A DNA stretch of 64,000 nucleotides from an uncultured Bacteroidales bacterium. Its GTDB lineage: Bacteria > Bacteroidota > Bacteroidia > Bacteroidales > UBA11471. This document shows, one piece after another, positions 17,658 through 29,116 of this stretch. The stretch lies in the NCBI GenBank assembly GCA_947589325.1, contig CANQAM010000002.1:39415-103414 (forward strand). The letters run 5' to 3'. Numbering within the stretch: the stretch's first letter is position 1; each line of letters opens with the position of its first letter. The notes beneath the pieces were generated by a model, which saw only the letters and a program-made list of their open reading frames with translations, did no database searches and had not been told where the DNA came from. The position numbers and the translations under genes are program-made.

Positions 17658-20279
17658 CTATTGGGTAACCGCCTTGACGATTTCATCGACAGCCACCGAA
17701 ATGCCGTCGGCATTTTTTCCGCCGGCTTGGGCGAAATGGGCTTGACCGCCGCCGCCGCCCTGTATCTGTTTGGCGGCGTTGCGCACGAGCGTCGATGCAC
17801 TGAGGCCGGCTTTCACCAAATCGTCGCTCAACGAAACGGTAAGCAGCGGTTTGTTGGCGGCATCGACCGTACCGGCAACGAAAAGGAAGCGGTCGGTTTG
17901 CTCCTCCCGCAGCCGGAAAGCCAGATTCTTCACGTTGTCCGGCGCCAGCGGCATTTGCAGGGCGATGACGTTTATGCCGTTGATATGCAGCATATTTTGG
18001 AGTAGTTTTTCTTTTATCGTGGCGAGTTTTTCGCGGGCAAACTCTTCCGCCCGTTTTTTGAGGTCGCCGTTCTCCTCGATGGTGCGGCGGATAGCCGCCG
18101 TGATGTCGGGAGCGTTGTTGAAAATCGAGCGTATCGTTTCGAGGGTGTCGTGCAGCGTGTTGATGCGTTTCTCCACTTGAGCCGCCGTGATGGCTTCGAT
18201 GCGTCTGATGCCGGCGGCGGTGGAGCTTTCCGACACGATGCGTATCATGCCTATCTGTCCCGTGTTGGCGACGTGCGTACCGCCGCACAGCTCTATCGAC
18301 GAGCCGTAGCGTATCACGCGCACCTCTTCGCCGTATTTCTCGCCGAAAAGCGCCATGGCGCCCATCGCTTTCGCTTCGGCGATAGGCACATTGCGGTGTT
18401 CGTCGAGCGGCAGGCAGGCGCGCACTTTCAGGTTGGCGCGCCGTTCCACCTCGCGCAATTCTTCCGGTGTGACTTTCTGGAAGTGCGAGAAGTCGAATCG
18501 CAAACCCAGCGGCGAAACCTGCGAACCTTTCTGTTCCACGTGCGTGCCGAGCACTTCGCGCAGCGCCTCGTGCAGCAGGTGAGTCGCCGTGTGGTTGCAG
18601 GCGGTCGCCAACCGGTCTTCGGCATTCACTTCGGCGCGGAAGGTTGCCATAACGTCCGACGGCAGTTTTTCCACGAGGTGCACGCCGAGGTTGTTTTCCC
18701 GTTTGGTGGCGATGACAGCCACTTTGTCGTCGTCCGATGTCAGCGTGCCGGTGTCGCCCACCTGACCGCCCATTTCGGCATAGAACGGCGTGGTGGAGAG
18801 CACGAGTTGGTAATACTCCTTGTTCTTTTGGCGTATCTTCCGGTAGCGGAGTATTTCGGTGTCGCACGACAGCATGTCGTAGCCCACGAATTGCGGTTCG
18901 CCCTCGTGCAGCACCACCCAGTCGCCCGTTTCGGTGGCGGCGGCGTTGCGGGCGCGCTCCTTCTGTTCCTGCATGCGCACGTTGAAGCGGTCGGTATCCA
19001 CCGACAGGTTATTCTCTTTCAAAATCAGTTCCGTAAGGTCGAGCGGGAATCCGTACGTGTCGTACAGCACGAAAGCGTCGTCGCCGCTGATGCTCGTTTT
19101 GCCGGCGGCGCGGGCGTCGCCCATCACTTTGTCGAGCAGCCGCATACCCGTCGAGAGGGTGCGGAGGAAAGCCTCCTCCTCCTCTTTTATAACCTTCTCT
19201 ATCAGTGACTTCTGTGCCGACAGTTCGGGGTAGGCGTCGCCCATCGTTTCGATGAGGGTGGGCAGCAGCTTGTAGAGGAATGCCTGCTGTTGGTTGAGGA
19301 ACGTATATCCGTAGCGCACCGCCCGCCGCAAGATACGGCGTATCACGTATCCCGCCTTGGCGTTCGACGGCAGCTGTCCGTCGGTGATGGAGAAAGCGAT
19401 GGTGCGTATATGGTCGGCGACCACGCGCATGGCGATGTCGCAGCGGGCGTCGTCGCCGTAGTGTTTGCCGGCGATTTTGCCGATAGCTTTTATCAGCGGC
19501 TGGAACACGTCGGTGTCGTAGTTCGAGGTCTTTCCCTGCAACGCCATGCAGAGCCGTTCGAAGCCCATGCCCGTGTCGATGACCTTTGCCGGTAGCGGTT
19601 CCAGCGAGCCGTCGGCTTTGCGGTTGTACTGCATGAACACGAGGTTCCATATTTCGATGACCTGCGGGTGGCTTTGGTTCACGAGAGTGAGACCGTCGGT
19701 TTCGGCGCGTTCGGCGTCGCTGCGCAGGTCGATGTGTATTTCCGAGCAGGGGCCGCAGGGACCCGTGTCGCCCATTTCCCAGAAGTTGTCGTGGCGGTTG
19801 CCGTTGATGATATGGGCGGCAGGCAGGTGTTTTTCCCAGTAGGAGGCGGCTTCGTTGTCGCGTTCCAGACCTTCGGGGGCATACCCCTCGAACACGGTGG
19901 CATACAGTCGGTCGGGGTTGAGTTTCAGCACATCGACCAGATACTCCCATGCCCAGTTGATAGCCTCTTTTTTGAAGTAGTCGCCGAACGACCAGTTGCC
20001 CAGCATTTCGAACATCGTGTGGTGGTACGTGTCGAGCCCCACCTCTTCGAGGTCGTTGTGTTTGCCGCTCACGCGCAGGCATTTCTGCGAGTCTGCCACG
20101 CGGCGGTATTTGGCGGGAGCGTTGCCCAGAATGATGTCTTTGAACTGGTTCATGCCGGCATTGGTGAACATCAGGGTCGGGTCGTCTTTCACGACCATCG
20201 GTGCCGACGGCACGATGCGGTGTTGTTTCGAGGCGAAAAAGTTTTTGAACGATTCGCGTATTTCCTTGGCTGTAAGCAT
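17658..20279 (-). CDS. alaS: Alanine--tRNA ligase
   Basis: 873 aa. Motifs [15 protein letters not shown] and [18 protein letters not shown]; editing-domain HxxxH ([13 protein letters not shown]). Confidence 0.97.
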   Translation of the reverse strand: MLTAKEIRESFKNFFASKQHRIVPSAPMVVKDDPTLMFTNAGMNQFKDIILGNAPAKYRRVADSQKCLRVSGKHNDLEEVGLDTYHHTMFEMLGNWSFGDYFKKEAINWAWEYLVDVLKLNPDRLYATVFEGYAPEGLERDNEAASYWEKHLPAAHIINGNRHDNFWEMGDTGPCGPCSEIHIDLRSDAERAETDGLTLVNQSHPQVIEIWNLVFMQYNRKADGSLEPLPAKVIDTGMGFERLCMALQGKTSNYDTDVFQPLIKAIGKIAGKHYGDDARCDIAMRVVADHIRTIAFSITDGQLPSNAKAGYVIRRILRRAVRYGYTFLNQQQAFLYKLLPTLIETMGDAYPELSAQKSLIEKVIKEEEEAFLRTLSTGMRLLDKVMGDARAAGKTSISGDDAFVLYDTYGFPLDLTELILKENNLSVDTDRFNVRMQEQKERARNAAATETGDWVVLHEGEPQFVGYDMLSCDTEILRYRKIRQKNKEYYQLVLSTTPFYAEMGGQVGDTGTLTSDDDKVAVIATKRENNLGVHLVEKLPSDVMATFRAEVNAEDRLATACNHTATHLLHEALREVLGTHVEQKGSQVSPLGLRFDFSHFQKVTPEELREVERRANLKVRACLPLDEHRNVPIAEAKAMGAMALFGEKYGEEVRVIRYGSSIELCGGTHVANTGQIGMIRIVSESSTAAGIRRIEAITAAQVEKRINTLHDTLETIRSIFNNAPDITAAIRRTIEENGDLKKRAEEFAREKLATIKEKLLQNMLHINGINVIALQMPLAPDNVKNLAFRLREEQTDRFLFVAGTVDAANKPLLTVSLSDDLVKAGLSASTLVRNAAKQIQGGGGGQAHFAQAGGKNADGISVAVDEIVKAVTQ

Positions 20280-20432
20280 ATCGGTTGTTTTAATTATTCA
20301 AAAGAAATGGAGCTTTTGTGTAAAAGCGTTTGCAAAAATAGACCAAAAATATTACTTTTGCCGCCACTAAGGGATAAAAAATCGCATTGACGGTTGTTTT
20401 TTACCTTTTGGCGGGTAAAATATCCGGAAATC

Positions 20433-21404
20433 ATGGCACGCAAGATTTATTACAAGTACAATCCGAACACACTTACCTACGAGCGGGTATATCTGTCGAT
20501 AGGCGCGCGCGTATGGTCGGTGGTGCGTTATTTGTTTTTCTGTGTGCTTTTGGGGGTGGTTTTCTTTTTGTTGTTCGACAAGTTTTACGAGTCGCCCCGT
20601 GAAAAGAAGCTGCGCGAAGACAACGAGCAGATGAACACCCAGTACCGTATTCTCTCGCACCGGCTCGACGAGGCTTTGGAGGTGATGAACGACGTGCAGC
20701 AGCGCGACGACAACCTCTACCGCATCATCATGCAGGCGAATCCCATCGATGCCGAAACCCGCAACGCCGGTATTGCCAACGACTCCCACTACCGCGAGTT
20801 GCAGAATCTGGGCGATGCCGACCTTATCGTTTCCTCCACCAAGAAGCTCGACCTCCTGCGCCGGCAGCTCTATGTCCAGAGCAATTCGTTCAACGAAATC
20901 GTGGAGCTGACGCGCAAAAACGATGACCGCATCAACTGCCTGCCCGCCATTCAGCCCATTTCCAACAAAGACTTGAAGCGCACCGCCTCGGGCTACGGTT
21001 GGCGCATCGACCCCATTTATCATACGCGCAAGTTCCACGCCGGCATGGACTTTGCCGCCAACACCGGCACGCAGGTCTATTCGACCGCGAACGGCACGGT
21101 GGCTTTCACCGGTTGGAAGCAGGGCTACGGCAACACGGTGGTCATCGACCACGGTTACAACTACCGCACCCTTTACGGGCATTTGAGCAAAATCACCACC
21201 AAGCGGGGCAAGCGTGTGGTGCGCGGCGAGGTGGTCGCCGAAGTCGGCAGCACCGGAAAGTCCACCGGCCCTCACCTGCATTACGAAGTCATTTACAAGG
21301 GAAAGCACCAGAATCCCATCAACTATTATTTCTTCGACCTTACGCCCGAAGACTACGACCTGATGATACAGCTGGCTGAAAACAACGGGCTGGTGATGGA
21401 TTGA
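20433..21404 (+). CDS. M23-family peptidoglycan metalloendopeptidase, membrane anchored
   Basis: The ORF track starts at 20394; ATG 20433 (MARKIYYKYNP) is preferred. N-terminal TM segment and coiled coil. M23 motifs HAGMDFAA, GYGNTVVIDHG and GSTGKSTGPHLHYEV. Confidence 0.9.
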   Translation: MARKIYYKYNPNTLTYERVYLSIGARVWSVVRYLFFCVLLGVVFFLLFDKFYESPREKKLREDNEQMNTQYRILSHRLDEALEVMNDVQQRDDNLYRIIMQANPIDAETRNAGIANDSHYRELQNLGDADLIVSSTKKLDLLRRQLYVQSNSFNEIVELTRKNDDRINCLPAIQPISNKDLKRTASGYGWRIDPIYHTRKFHAGMDFAANTGTQVYSTANGTVAFTGWKQGYGNTVVIDHGYNYRTLYGHLSKITTKRGKRVVRGEVVAEVGSTGKSTGPHLHYEVIYKGKHQNPINYYFFDLTPEDYDLMIQLAENNGLVMD

Positions 21405-21417
21405 CGGAGGCGTCGGC

Positions 21418-21837
21418 ATGAAAAGGAAAGAGCTCCCCGAAAAAATGTTTTACACCATTACCGAAGTGGCGCAGCATTTCGGCGTGAGCGAGCCTACGCT
21501 GCGCTTTTGGGAAAAAGAGTTCGACATCATCGCCCCCAAGCGTTCCGACAACAAGCGTCAGATACGTTCCTATACTGCCAAAGACATACACAATATCGGA
21601 TTGATTTATCATCTGCTCAAAGAGCAGGGCATGACGTTGAGCGGCGCCAAAGAGCGGTTGCGCAAGAAGCCCGCCGAAACGGAGGCGCGCTACGAAGTCA
21701 TCAGCCGGTTGCGTGCCATACGCGCCGAGCTTGCCGATATTTGCCGCGAGCTGTCGGCCGGTGCTAAGCCCGCTGCCGCCGAGCCGCCGGCAGGCGGGGA
21801 GCCTCCCTCAGAAGTAACGCCCGATGCGGGCGGATAG
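21418..21837 (+). CDS. MerR-family transcriptional regulator
   Basis: HTH FYTITEVAQHFGVSEPTLRFWEKEFDIIAPKR followed by a coiled-coil-like tail. Confidence 0.85.
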   Translation: MKRKELPEKMFYTITEVAQHFGVSEPTLRFWEKEFDIIAPKRSDNKRQIRSYTAKDIHNIGLIYHLLKEQGMTLSGAKERLRKKPAETEARYEVISRLRAIRAELADICRELSAGAKPAAAEPPAGGEPPSEVTPDAGG

Positions 21838-22206
21838 CGGTTTCGATACGAATATCCCCGCTGCGATGCCCAGCGTGGCGCCCAGCAGATTGGCGGCCAT
21901 ATCGCCCCAGTCGCCAGACCGGTACGTCGTGAGGCAGAGTTGCGCCGCCTCCATGGCACCGCCTAACAGCACGGCCAGCAGCCACCCCGTCCACAGCGGT
22001 TTCCGGTACGAAGTGCGGGCGGGCGTCGCGCGGTAGAGGTCGAAGCAGAACGTCGCCACCAAACCCAAATACATCAGGCAGTGCGCCGCCTTGTCGAGAT
22101 AAGGAATGTCCGGCAGGTCGCTGTCGGGCGTGAAGTGTGCCAGCGACAGCACCAGAATGGCTGCCGCGACGATGAGCGTAAGATAATAGCGTCGTAAAAA
22201 TTTCAT
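21808..22206 (-). CDS. VanZ-like membrane protein
   Basis: 132 aa with four hydrophobic segments and the motifs DKAAHCLMYLGL and GAMEAAQ...SGDWGDMAANLLGA. Its 3' end overlaps the convergent MerR gene by 30 nt. Confidence 0.7.
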   Translation of the reverse strand: MKFLRRYYLTLIVAAAILVLSLAHFTPDSDLPDIPYLDKAAHCLMYLGLVATFCFDLYRATPARTSYRKPLWTGWLLAVLLGGAMEAAQLCLTTYRSGDWGDMAANLLGATLGIAAGIFVSKPLSARIGRYF

Positions 22207-22338
22207 GCCGCAAAGATAATGATTTTTCGCCGGCTCCGACCGTTAGCGAGGCAGGGGGAGCAGAAAAATTTTCCGCCGTGCGGGCGGCGGTAAAATAAAA
22301 CGGCGCCGTTTACGTATATATAATGTATATAGAAGAAT

Positions 22339-24315
22339 ATGGTTCGCGTGTTGAAATACCTCGTTCTCTCTGCGGGCTGCCTCCTGCTTTTGGCGGCGGC
22401 GGGCTGCGGAGCCAAGCTCTCCACCGCCCATGCGCAGTACGAGCGGGGCGAGTATTTTGCCGCCGCCGCCACCTACCGCAAAGTCTATAACAAAACTTTG
22501 CCGAAGGACAAGCCCGCGCGGGCGCAAATCGCTTTCCGCATCGGCGAGTGCTACCGCCGGCTGAACTCCGCCCCGCGTGCCGCGGCGGGCTATCAGAATG
22601 CCGTGCGATACAAATACCCCGACAGCATCGCCGTCTATTATCTGGCGCGCGAGCTCCACATGCAGGGCAAATACAAGGAGGCCGGCAAGCAGTACGCCGC
22701 CTATCTCCAATACGCCCCCGACGACCGCCTCGCGCTGAACGGCATGCGCGGCTGCGACGCCGCCCCCGGGTGGAAAGCCGCGCCCACCCGTTACGTCGTG
22801 AAGCCCGCCAAACTCTTCAACTCCCGCCGCAGCGAGTGCGCCCCCATGTTTCTCGGCACCGAAAACGACCTGCTCTATTTCTGCTCCGCCAACGACAAAG
22901 CCTCCGGCGACAAAAAGAGCGACATCACCGGCATCAAGAGCAACGACATATTTTTCTCCAAGAAAGACGAGAAAGGCGTCTGGCAGCGTCCCGAGCCTGC
23001 CGAAGGCGGCGTCAATACCGAAGCCGACGAGGGAATCATCTCCTTTTCGCCCGACGGCAGTACGATGTACCTCACCCGCGCCCGCCACGAGGAGGGCATC
23101 GATACCTCCGTCGAGATATGCACCTCCTCGCGCTCCGATGCCAAGTGGAGCGCCCCGGTGCCCTTTCCCATTACCGGCGACACCCTGTCGGCCTTCGCCC
23201 ACCCCGCCGTTTCGCCCGACGGCCGCTACCTCTATTTCGCCTCCGACATGCCCGGCGGCTCCGGCGGCAAAGACCTCTACCGCATCGACCTTCAAGCCCG
23301 CGACGGCATCGCCGAAAATCTCGGCGTCCAAATCAACACCGCCGGCGACGAAATGTTCCCCTACATACGCGACAACGGCGACCTCTATTTCGCCTCCGAC
23401 GGTCACCCGGGCTTGGGCGGGCTCGACCTTTTCCGCGCCACGCTCAACGAGTTCGGCGTCTGGAAAATCGAAAATCTCGGCGTCCCCGTCAATTCCGCCG
23501 GCGACGATTTCGGCATCACCTTCGAAACCGGTCGCGAAGCCGGATTTTTCAGTTCCAACCGCAGCGACGCGCGCGGCTACGACCACCTGTTCAGCTTCGA
23601 GCTGCCCCGTCTCGAAATATGGATTACCGGCTACGTGCTCGACCAAGACGAGGAGCCCGTGCCCAACGCCGTGATACGCATCGTGGGCAAGGACGGCTCC
23701 AACCAGAAAGCCTATGCCCGCGACGACGGCACCTACCGTTTCCCGCTCAGTCTGGGCGTCGATTACGTCATGATGGCGGGCTGCCGCGGATACCTCAATT
23801 CGCGCGGCGAGTTCACCAGCGATTCCGAAGAGCGCGACGAGACCTACGGGCTCGACTTCATTCTCGCCGCCATCGACAAGCCCGTCATCGTCGAAAACGT
23901 CTTTTACGAATTCGACCGCGCCGACCTCACCCCCGAGTCGGCCGCCGCCCTCGACGGCATCATTCGCACCCTCGAAGACAACCCCAACGTGTCGATAGAA
24001 CTGAGCGCCCACACCGACATGAAGGGCAGCGACGACTACAACCTTCGCCTCTCCGAGCGACGCGCCCGCGCCGTCGTCGATTACCTCATACAGCACGGCG
24101 TAGCCCCCGACCGCCTCACCCCCAAAGGCTACGGCAAGACGCAGCCCCGCACCATCACCCGCCGGCAGGCGCGCGAATATCCCGAGTTTCACGAGGGCGA
24201 CGTCCTCACCGAAGAATACATACTCGCCCTGCCCCCCGACTTGCAGGAGATTGCCAACGCCCTCAACCGCCGCACCGAGTTCCGCGTGCTCGATGTCGAT
24301 TACCGTCTTATGTAG
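22339..24315 (+). CDS. OmpA-family protein with N-terminal TPR and WD40-like (TolB/PD40-type) repeats
   Basis: Lipoprotein-like signal (LLLLAAAGCG). Repeated ...FSPDG..LYF.SD... units. C-terminal OmpA domain (NVSIELSAHTDMKGSDDYNLRLSERRARAVVDYL). Confidence 0.9.
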   Translation: MVRVLKYLVLSAGCLLLLAAAGCGAKLSTAHAQYERGEYFAAAATYRKVYNKTLPKDKPARAQIAFRIGECYRRLNSAPRAAAGYQNAVRYKYPDSIAVYYLARELHMQGKYKEAGKQYAAYLQYAPDDRLALNGMRGCDAAPGWKAAPTRYVVKPAKLFNSRRSECAPMFLGTENDLLYFCSANDKASGDKKSDITGIKSNDIFFSKKDEKGVWQRPEPAEGGVNTEADEGIISFSPDGSTMYLTRARHEEGIDTSVEICTSSRSDAKWSAPVPFPITGDTLSAFAHPAVSPDGRYLYFASDMPGGSGGKDLYRIDLQARDGIAENLGVQINTAGDEMFPYIRDNGDLYFASDGHPGLGGLDLFRATLNEFGVWKIENLGVPVNSAGDDFGITFETGREAGFFSSNRSDARGYDHLFSFELPRLEIWITGYVLDQDEEPVPNAVIRIVGKDGSNQKAYARDDGTYRFPLSLGVDYVMMAGCRGYLNSRGEFTSDSEERDETYGLDFILAAIDKPVIVENVFYEFDRADLTPESAAALDGIIRTLEDNPNVSIELSAHTDMKGSDDYNLRLSERRARAVVDYLIQHGVAPDRLTPKGYGKTQPRTITRRQAREYPEFHEGDVLTEEYILALPPDLQEIANALNRRTEFRVLDVDYRLM

Positions 24316-24325
24316 CCCCGCCGCC

Positions 24326-25219
24326 ATGCTCTCGATACTCATACCCGTTCACAATTGCGACTGCACCGCTTTCGTCGCCGCCCTCTCGGCACAGGCCGCC
24401 GCCCTGTCGGCGCCCTGCGAAATCATCGTCGCCGACGACGCCTCCGACGATGCCGCCGCCCGCGCTGCCAACCGCGCGATAAACCGTCTGCCACACGCCC
24501 GCCTCATCGAGCTGCCCGAGAACAGGGGACAGGCATACGTGCGCAATTTTCTGGCGGAGCAGGCGCGATACGACTACCTGTTGTGGCTCGACAGCGACCT
24601 CATGCCCGCCGACGACCGCTTTCTCGCCCGATACGTCGAGGCTGCCGACGGCCGTTCCGTCGTCTGCGGCACCATCGTTTTCCGTCCCCCCGCCGGCATC
24701 GCCCCGCGCAGCAGCCTGCGCTATGTCTATGCGCGGGCGCGCGAAGAACACACGGCGCAGGAGCGCGCCCGCGCCCCCTACGCTTCGTTTGCCGTATGCA
24801 GCTGCATGGCGCCGCGTGCGGTTTTCGAGCAGGTGCGCTTCTGCGACGAAATCACCACCTACGGGCACGAAGACACCCTCTTCGGCAAGGAGCTGCAAGC
24901 CGCCGGAGTGCCCGTGCGATACATCGACAACCCCGTCGTTCACCCCGTCACCGACACCAATGCCGCCTTCCTGCGCAAGACCGAATCGACCCTCGTCAAT
25001 GCCCTCCGCTACCGTGATCGCCTGCGCGGCTGCGTGCACATACTCGACGTGCAGGAGCGCCTGCGGCGGCTCGGCTTGCAACCCCTTGTGCGCCTGCTCT
25101 TCGCCCTCTTCCGCCGCCCCCTGCGCCGCAACCTGCTCGGCAGCCGACCCCGCCTGCGCCTGCTCGACCTCTACAAGTTGGGCTTTATCTGCACCCTCGA
25201 CCGCCGCATGAACTCCTGA
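24326..25219 (+). CDS. Family-2 glycosyltransferase
   Basis: The ORF track starts at 24251; ATG 24326 (MLSILIPVHNC...IIVADDASDD...WLDSD) gives the canonical GT2 N-terminus. Confidence 0.85.
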   Translation: MLSILIPVHNCDCTAFVAALSAQAAALSAPCEIIVADDASDDAAARAANRAINRLPHARLIELPENRGQAYVRNFLAEQARYDYLLWLDSDLMPADDRFLARYVEAADGRSVVCGTIVFRPPAGIAPRSSLRYVYARAREEHTAQERARAPYASFAVCSCMAPRAVFEQVRFCDEITTYGHEDTLFGKELQAAGVPVRYIDNPVVHPVTDTNAAFLRKTESTLVNALRYRDRLRGCVHILDVQERLRRLGLQPLVRLLFALFRRPLRRNLLGSRPRLRLLDLYKLGFICTLDRRMNS

Positions 25220-25383
25220 CCCTCGCAGTGGTAAAATCAAAAAACGCACTGTTTCTGCCAAAACGACAATTCCTCTCCGACGCGATAAATGGTTTATTTG
25301 TAGACCGAATTCCGCACTTGTGAATCGGTACGGGTAAAGACAAACGTATTTTGTTAATAACCAAATAATAAACTAAAAGTATC

Positions 25384-27843
25384 ATGAAAAAAATTACTAT
25401 TTTGGCTGCGTTTGCGCTCATGACGACAGCGGCATTTGCGCAGACAAGCCGCCAGATTTTCATTCCTTATTCGTCTGAAGATGGAATGTATAACTGGAGT
25501 GGAAACAACTGGATATGGCCTACATCTCCTATGGCTGAACCCGAGACAGGTTCGTACGAAAACAACAGAATAAGCTTATTCGTCGATTCGGTAATGCTGT
25601 ATCCAGCGGTGGATACGCCGCAGTTCACCATTAGTTTCGGCCAGAGTGTACAGACTCCCGGCATAGAGATAACCGCCGACTCTGTCCGCTACAATGTTGC
25701 TTCGACCAACCGTACGTTTAACATAACGGGAGTCGGCAACGGCGTCCAATTGGTGAAAGACGGCAAGGGCGCTTTCTACACCGATGTCGATTTGAAGAAT
25801 ATGACCACCGTGCTGAAAAACGGTACGCTGGGACGGTATAAAAAATCGAGCGCCGAGTCGCAAGTGTTCGGCCGCAAAATTTCGGTTGCCGAAGGTGCGA
25901 AGGCGACGTTGGTTATGAGCGATGAAAATCCAACTAAAACCGACTATTTCCCCGCATTGAATGTCGATTCGTTAGTTATCGGCAAGGGTGCCGTGCTCGA
26001 TTTCTATCTGCCGAGTTTCGGCAAGATGCGTGCAGATACCACCGTGTATGTAGCCGGCGAGGGCACGATTAATTTCTATACATGCGGAAACCGTTTCTTC
26101 GCAGGCGGAAGCAATGCGAGTATAGTGCTCGATCCGGCAACGGGACAATGGCATAACGGGTCGCTTACTGGCGATAATACCTCGAAATGGGACAAGTATG
26201 TTACCGACTTCTCGGGATTCGAGGGAACGGTACGCATTCAAAACGATGTGGAGAAGAACAATTCGACTCCGGGCGTGTTTATCCTTGCACAGGGCCCCGG
26301 TAAAGCCAACGAATATCTCGAGAAGAGCGAGGGCGACAGTGCGCTCTACAACATCTGGAAAGCCGCCAACGTCTACGGCAGTGCCGATAAAGAAGCCCTT
26401 TTGAGCCGGCTCTGTATCGATTGGAAAGATGTGGACCTTGTTATCGGCGAGATGGGCTGTTTGGCCTGCTCCTCGACGGGCGGCGCTACGACGCTGTTCA
26501 GAACGAGAAGCCTCAATGTAGAGCCAAAAGGTCATGTAGCCGGCTATTTTAAGACATCTGAGCCCAAGCTGTTGATTATTACCGGCGGCGACGATAAAGA
26601 TGCCAAACTCGACGGAACGTTTACCGCTTGTACGAAAGGCGGCGATACGCTCGGAGGATTTCAAATCTATAACGGCGGTGCCGGTATTATCAAAGAGGGA
26701 AAAGGCACCTACACGGTTACCGCAAACGATAATATGTTCGCCTTGGGAATCGACGTATACGAAGGCGGTGTCATGTTCGACAACCCCGACCCCGCGAACA
26801 ACTCGGCCACCGGCGAAACGGTTACGGGCAAGCCGGTAGTAACCTGCCGTGAGTATGGCCATATCGGCGGAACGGGCACGATAGGCAGCACCACCGAACT
26901 CTACGGAACGCTCTACCCGGGCGACGAATCGGTTTCCGCCTTCCGCATCGACGGCTCGCATGGAGCGAAACCGTCCTACAAAATAGGCATACCGAGTACT
27001 GGAGAAAACGGTACGATTACGAAAAACCTTGCCAACGGCAATGAATTTTTGAAAGCAACCGTGAAGAAGGTGCCGAATGAGGCTACTGAAGAACCATTAG
27101 ACTCTATTAACGTAGCGTCGGATTCGACATTCCTGAGAGGAAAAACAAAAGACGCCGCCGCCTTGTGGCTCCACAACGAAGCAGCGATGGTCTTCGATGT
27201 CAATAGCAAAGACCATCACGACACGTTATTGGTACAAGGCGATGTATGGCTGATGGAGGGAAGAAACGCCGATAAAAAAGTAAAAATCAGTCTGACGTCG
27301 CACGGTGAATTTAATTTGGCCGAAAACGACACCATCGTGCTGATGCACGCACTTCGCGCCTATGCCGGTGAAGATGATGTGGACTTTTTGAACGGAGACG
27401 ATTTCGAACTGGAAGTAGCTCCCGAATATAATGGAGCGAACTTCAAGCTCGTTACGGAATTGGATACTATCGCGAAAATGGAAGAGGATCCGAAGACCGG
27501 TCGTCCTCACAAGGTAATAACTCCTGTTTCGTGGGAGCTTAGAGCTGTCGTTACGGCTGCCGGAAGCGGTACCTTTACGCCGGCTGCCATACAGGAGCCC
27601 GAAACCGAAACCGAAACGATGCAGGTATATCCCAATCCTGCCGTCGATAATGTAACGGTGGCTCTGCCCGCCGACGTTACGGGTACGGTTGCCATCTACA
27701 ACCTCTCCGGACAACTCGTGAAATCGGTATCGACGACCGAACCGGCCGTTACGGTGAATGTCGATGACCTTACTGCCGGTGTCTACACCGTCAGGGTACA
27801 GACCGCCGATAAATCGTATGTTCAAAGACTGGTGGTGAAATAA
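25384..27843 (+). CDS. Secreted beta-helix repeat protein with T9SS C-terminal sorting domain; function unknown
   Basis: Signal peptide MKKITILAAFALMTTAAFAQ. Autotransporter-type beta-strand repeats (LVKDGKGAFYTD, IIKEGKGTYTVTANDNMF...GGVMF). C-terminus MQVYPNPAVDNVTVALP...IYNLSGQLV...AGVYTVRVQT...RLVVK is a T9SS type-A CTD. Confidence 0.85.
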   Translation: MKKITILAAFALMTTAAFAQTSRQIFIPYSSEDGMYNWSGNNWIWPTSPMAEPETGSYENNRISLFVDSVMLYPAVDTPQFTISFGQSVQTPGIEITADSVRYNVASTNRTFNITGVGNGVQLVKDGKGAFYTDVDLKNMTTVLKNGTLGRYKKSSAESQVFGRKISVAEGAKATLVMSDENPTKTDYFPALNVDSLVIGKGAVLDFYLPSFGKMRADTTVYVAGEGTINFYTCGNRFFAGGSNASIVLDPATGQWHNGSLTGDNTSKWDKYVTDFSGFEGTVRIQNDVEKNNSTPGVFILAQGPGKANEYLEKSEGDSALYNIWKAANVYGSADKEALLSRLCIDWKDVDLVIGEMGCLACSSTGGATTLFRTRSLNVEPKGHVAGYFKTSEPKLLIITGGDDKDAKLDGTFTACTKGGDTLGGFQIYNGGAGIIKEGKGTYTVTANDNMFALGIDVYEGGVMFDNPDPANNSATGETVTGKPVVTCREYGHIGGTGTIGSTTELYGTLYPGDESVSAFRIDGSHGAKPSYKIGIPSTGENGTITKNLANGNEFLKATVKKVPNEATEEPLDSINVASDSTFLRGKTKDAAALWLHNEAAMVFDVNSKDHHDTLLVQGDVWLMEGRNADKKVKISLTSHGEFNLAENDTIVLMHALRAYAGEDDVDFLNGDDFELEVAPEYNGANFKLVTELDTIAKMEEDPKTGRPHKVITPVSWELRAVVTAAGSGTFTPAAIQEPETETETMQVYPNPAVDNVTVALPADVTGTVAIYNLSGQLVKSVSTTEPAVTVNVDDLTAGVYTVRVQTADKSYVQRLVVK

Positions 27844-27862
27844 CCTGCCGCAGCACTTTATA

Positions 27863-27897
27863 AAACAGGGGCGACTTTCGGTCGCCCCTGTTTTTTT
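27863..27897 (+). terminator. Intrinsic terminator
   Basis: Stem CAGGGGCGAC/GTCGCCCCTG (27866-75 / 27881-90) followed by T7. Confidence 0.85.
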
Positions 27898-27948
27898 GTC
27901 CTTTTTCGCTTTTTGTCTGTCGGGATAATGTCGTGCCGATACGGCCCG

Positions 27949-29082
27949 TTATCCGGCAAAATACTGCGTTTTCAACCAATAGGCGTAAATCGGGTCTTGG
28001 AATGAAACCGCTCCGCCCTTGTTGTCGAGTACGTCGCATTCGATGAGCGCCGCTTTCGAGCGGGCGACAGAGGTCGCCGAGGATATGCGGTAGCGGTTCA
28101 TGACCGCCGTCGAATGGATAGCCTTCTCGCCGGCAATCAACGCTTTGAGGTAGTAAAGCTGCTGTGTGGTCAGGGTTTCGGTAATGGTAACGAACAGCAG
28201 GCTCAGCTGCTCCACCAAGGCGGCATGTGCCTCGCGCACGATTTCTTCGCTGCACCGGTCGCGGGTGCGCAGCCACGACAGTTGGGCCAGCTGTTGGGCG
28301 TAGTAGGGGTGATTGTCTGTCAGCTCGGCGATAAGGCGGGCCGCCGTGTCGTCGATGCTTTTGCCCGTGTCGGCAAAGCGGCTTTTGAAAAATGCCGTGA
28401 GTTGCGGCGTCCCGATTTTTTCGAGGAAAATCAGCGTGCCGAACTTGTAAAACGGCATGGACGCATCGGTGAACACCTCCATCATCATGTGCCGCTTGCT
28501 GCCGTAGAGGCAGTAGGCAGCGTGCCGGTGCCGCTGCCAGTGCGCACGCAGCCGCTTTTGGAATCCGACGGAGTCGGCAAACTCCGAAATGTTCTGAAAC
28601 TCGTCGATGCAAACAACGATTTTCAATCCTTTTTCTTCGGCGATTTTCTCGGCAAGGTCGAGCACTTCGTCGGGATTGTGCCGCACCTCCTCCCAATCGA
28701 AGTCGAGGGAAATCTCATTGCCCGGCATGGCGCTGAGGGCAATTTTCGGAACGAGGCGCGAGAAAAATTTTTTTACGTCCCCGACCGCCTCCTCCCATTT
28801 CGTGGCGGTAGCCGCGATGACCTTTTGCGCCAAAAGAGTGTAAAAACCTCCTTCGTCGCGCACGTTGAACAGGTCGATGTGGCAGATTCGCAGCCGATCG
28901 TCCTGTGCCATGGCCGCCGCTGCTGCCTTGTTCACCAACGAACTCTTGCCCCAGCGGCGGGGCGAGATGATAATCGTATTGATAAGAGAGGTGAACTGCT
29001 GCACCAGCTCTGCCGTCTCTTTTTCGCGGTCGGTAAAATTCTTTTCCGTTGCGACTTTTCCGAAAACGAACGGAGTTTCCAT
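27949..29082 (-). CDS. Archaeal-type AAA ATPase (PF01637-like) with DUF234-like C-terminal region
   Basis: 377 aa. N-terminus FVFGKVATEKNFTDREKETAEL; P-loop variant ISPRRWGKSSL; Walker B VVCIDEFQ. Confidence 0.8.
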   Translation of the reverse strand: METPFVFGKVATEKNFTDREKETAELVQQFTSLINTIIISPRRWGKSSLVNKAAAAAMAQDDRLRICHIDLFNVRDEGGFYTLLAQKVIAATATKWEEAVGDVKKFFSRLVPKIALSAMPGNEISLDFDWEEVRHNPDEVLDLAEKIAEEKGLKIVVCIDEFQNISEFADSVGFQKRLRAHWQRHRHAAYCLYGSKRHMMMEVFTDASMPFYKFGTLIFLEKIGTPQLTAFFKSRFADTGKSIDDTAARLIAELTDNHPYYAQQLAQLSWLRTRDRCSEEIVREAHAALVEQLSLLFVTITETLTTQQLYYLKALIAGEKAIHSTAVMNRYRISSATSVARSKAALIECDVLDNKGGAVSFQDPIYAYWLKTQYFAG

Positions 29083-29116
29083 GATGTATGCGTTTTTTAT
29101 TTCGCAACAAATATAC

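Noticed and set aside
22243-24482. A 699-aa minus-strand ORF (22243-24342) and a 644-aa plus-strand out-of-frame ORF (22548-24482) over the OmpA-family gene.
   Set aside because: Both are low-complexity (G/A/V-rich or R/P-rich) and lack any family motif. The in-frame 22339-24315 product has clear TPR, PD40 and OmpA motifs.
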